A stretch of 64,000 nucleotides of DNA from Octopus bimaculoides (lineage: Eukaryota). Below are positions 63,421 to 64,000 of this stretch, piece after piece (positions within the stretch are counted from its first letter, which is position 1; each line of letters begins with the position of its first letter). The translations under genes and the position numbers were made by a program. The notes beneath the pieces were generated by a model. That model was not told where the DNA came from. It saw nothing but the letters and a program-made list of their open reading frames with translations, and searched no databases. The stretch covers positions 4,968,459-5,032,458 of the forward strand of contig NC_068993.1 of assembly GCF_001194135.2 (NCBI RefSeq), written 5' to 3'.

Positions 63421-64000
63421 TTCATACAATAATACTACATATATATATATTACTCACACACGTACATGTATGTAGATGCAGTTATATGTTAGTTTTGATT
63501 CTCCAAGAGAGAAAGAGAGAGAGAGAGAGAGAGTGAGTGCATGAGATACGAGAACGAGAGAGAGAAGGAAAGAAGGGTGCCTACAAGCTGCCACTGCCGC
63601 CGAGAGCGTGAAGAGAGAGAGAGAGTGAGGGAGACGGAGAGAGAGGGAGAGCGATGAACCAACCTACAGCACCACCAGAAGTGGGACAGCTGCAACACGC
63701 CAGGCAACCCAGCCAACCATACATTGAACCAACCAGCCAACACGCTTTGTCAAACTCCATAGCTCATCTCTAGTGAATCTGCCTTTCTATTTCTTTCTTA
63801 CCACCCTCTCATACAAGCTCTTTTTCTCTCTCTCACTCTCTACATCTGTCTCACTCTTCTTCTTTCCCCCCCCCCTCCTATTTTGTTTATCCAATTTCAA
63901 TTAATTGGATAACTTTTACTCTTTCACGCTCTTCATTACAGTTAAATACACTAAACTGTACTTTATCTCTACTTTGAATGCAGCAACATTAGCCAAACAC

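Noticed and set aside
1-64000. Prokaryotic systems (operons, CRISPR arrays, defence islands, prophage)
   Set aside because: No dense coding, no repeat-spacer array and no bacterial gene signatures; the window is eukaryotic repeat-rich DNA.

Overview
This is not prokaryotic DNA. It is AT-rich, repeat-saturated metazoan genomic sequence from a draft assembly (14 N-gaps, about 4.3 kb in total). The SINE families and the density of (AT)n/(AC)n/(ATC)n/(AAT)n microsatellites look like an octopod cephalopod; this comes from my recall of such repeats, not from a database search. I found no intact, recognisable host protein-coding gene, rRNA, tRNA gene or CRISPR array, and almost all ORFs in the track are microsatellite or N-run artefacts. 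Supported content: (i) many copies of several SINE-like families, labelled here A, B, D (tRNA-like heads), C (RTE-type tail) and E; (ii) LINE fragments: RTE, R4/Dong-like and HERO-like restriction-like-endonuclease elements, and Penelope-like RT and GIY-YIG-side pieces; (iii) DNA-transposon fossils and MITEs: hAT transposase, mariner, pogo-like and piggyBac-like. The most interesting signals are several minimal hammerhead-ribozyme-like motifs in short Penelope-type repeats (best: 22919-22956, minus strand) and an almost perfect 69-bp mariner-TIR hairpin (7711-7779). A string of splice-site-bounded, mostly non-coding minus-strand segments and a CpG-enriched region near 55.4-59.6 kb may belong to a spliced lncRNA or long 5'UTR. 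Repeat boundaries are approximate (about +/-20 bp), and family assignments come from motif recognition by eye.
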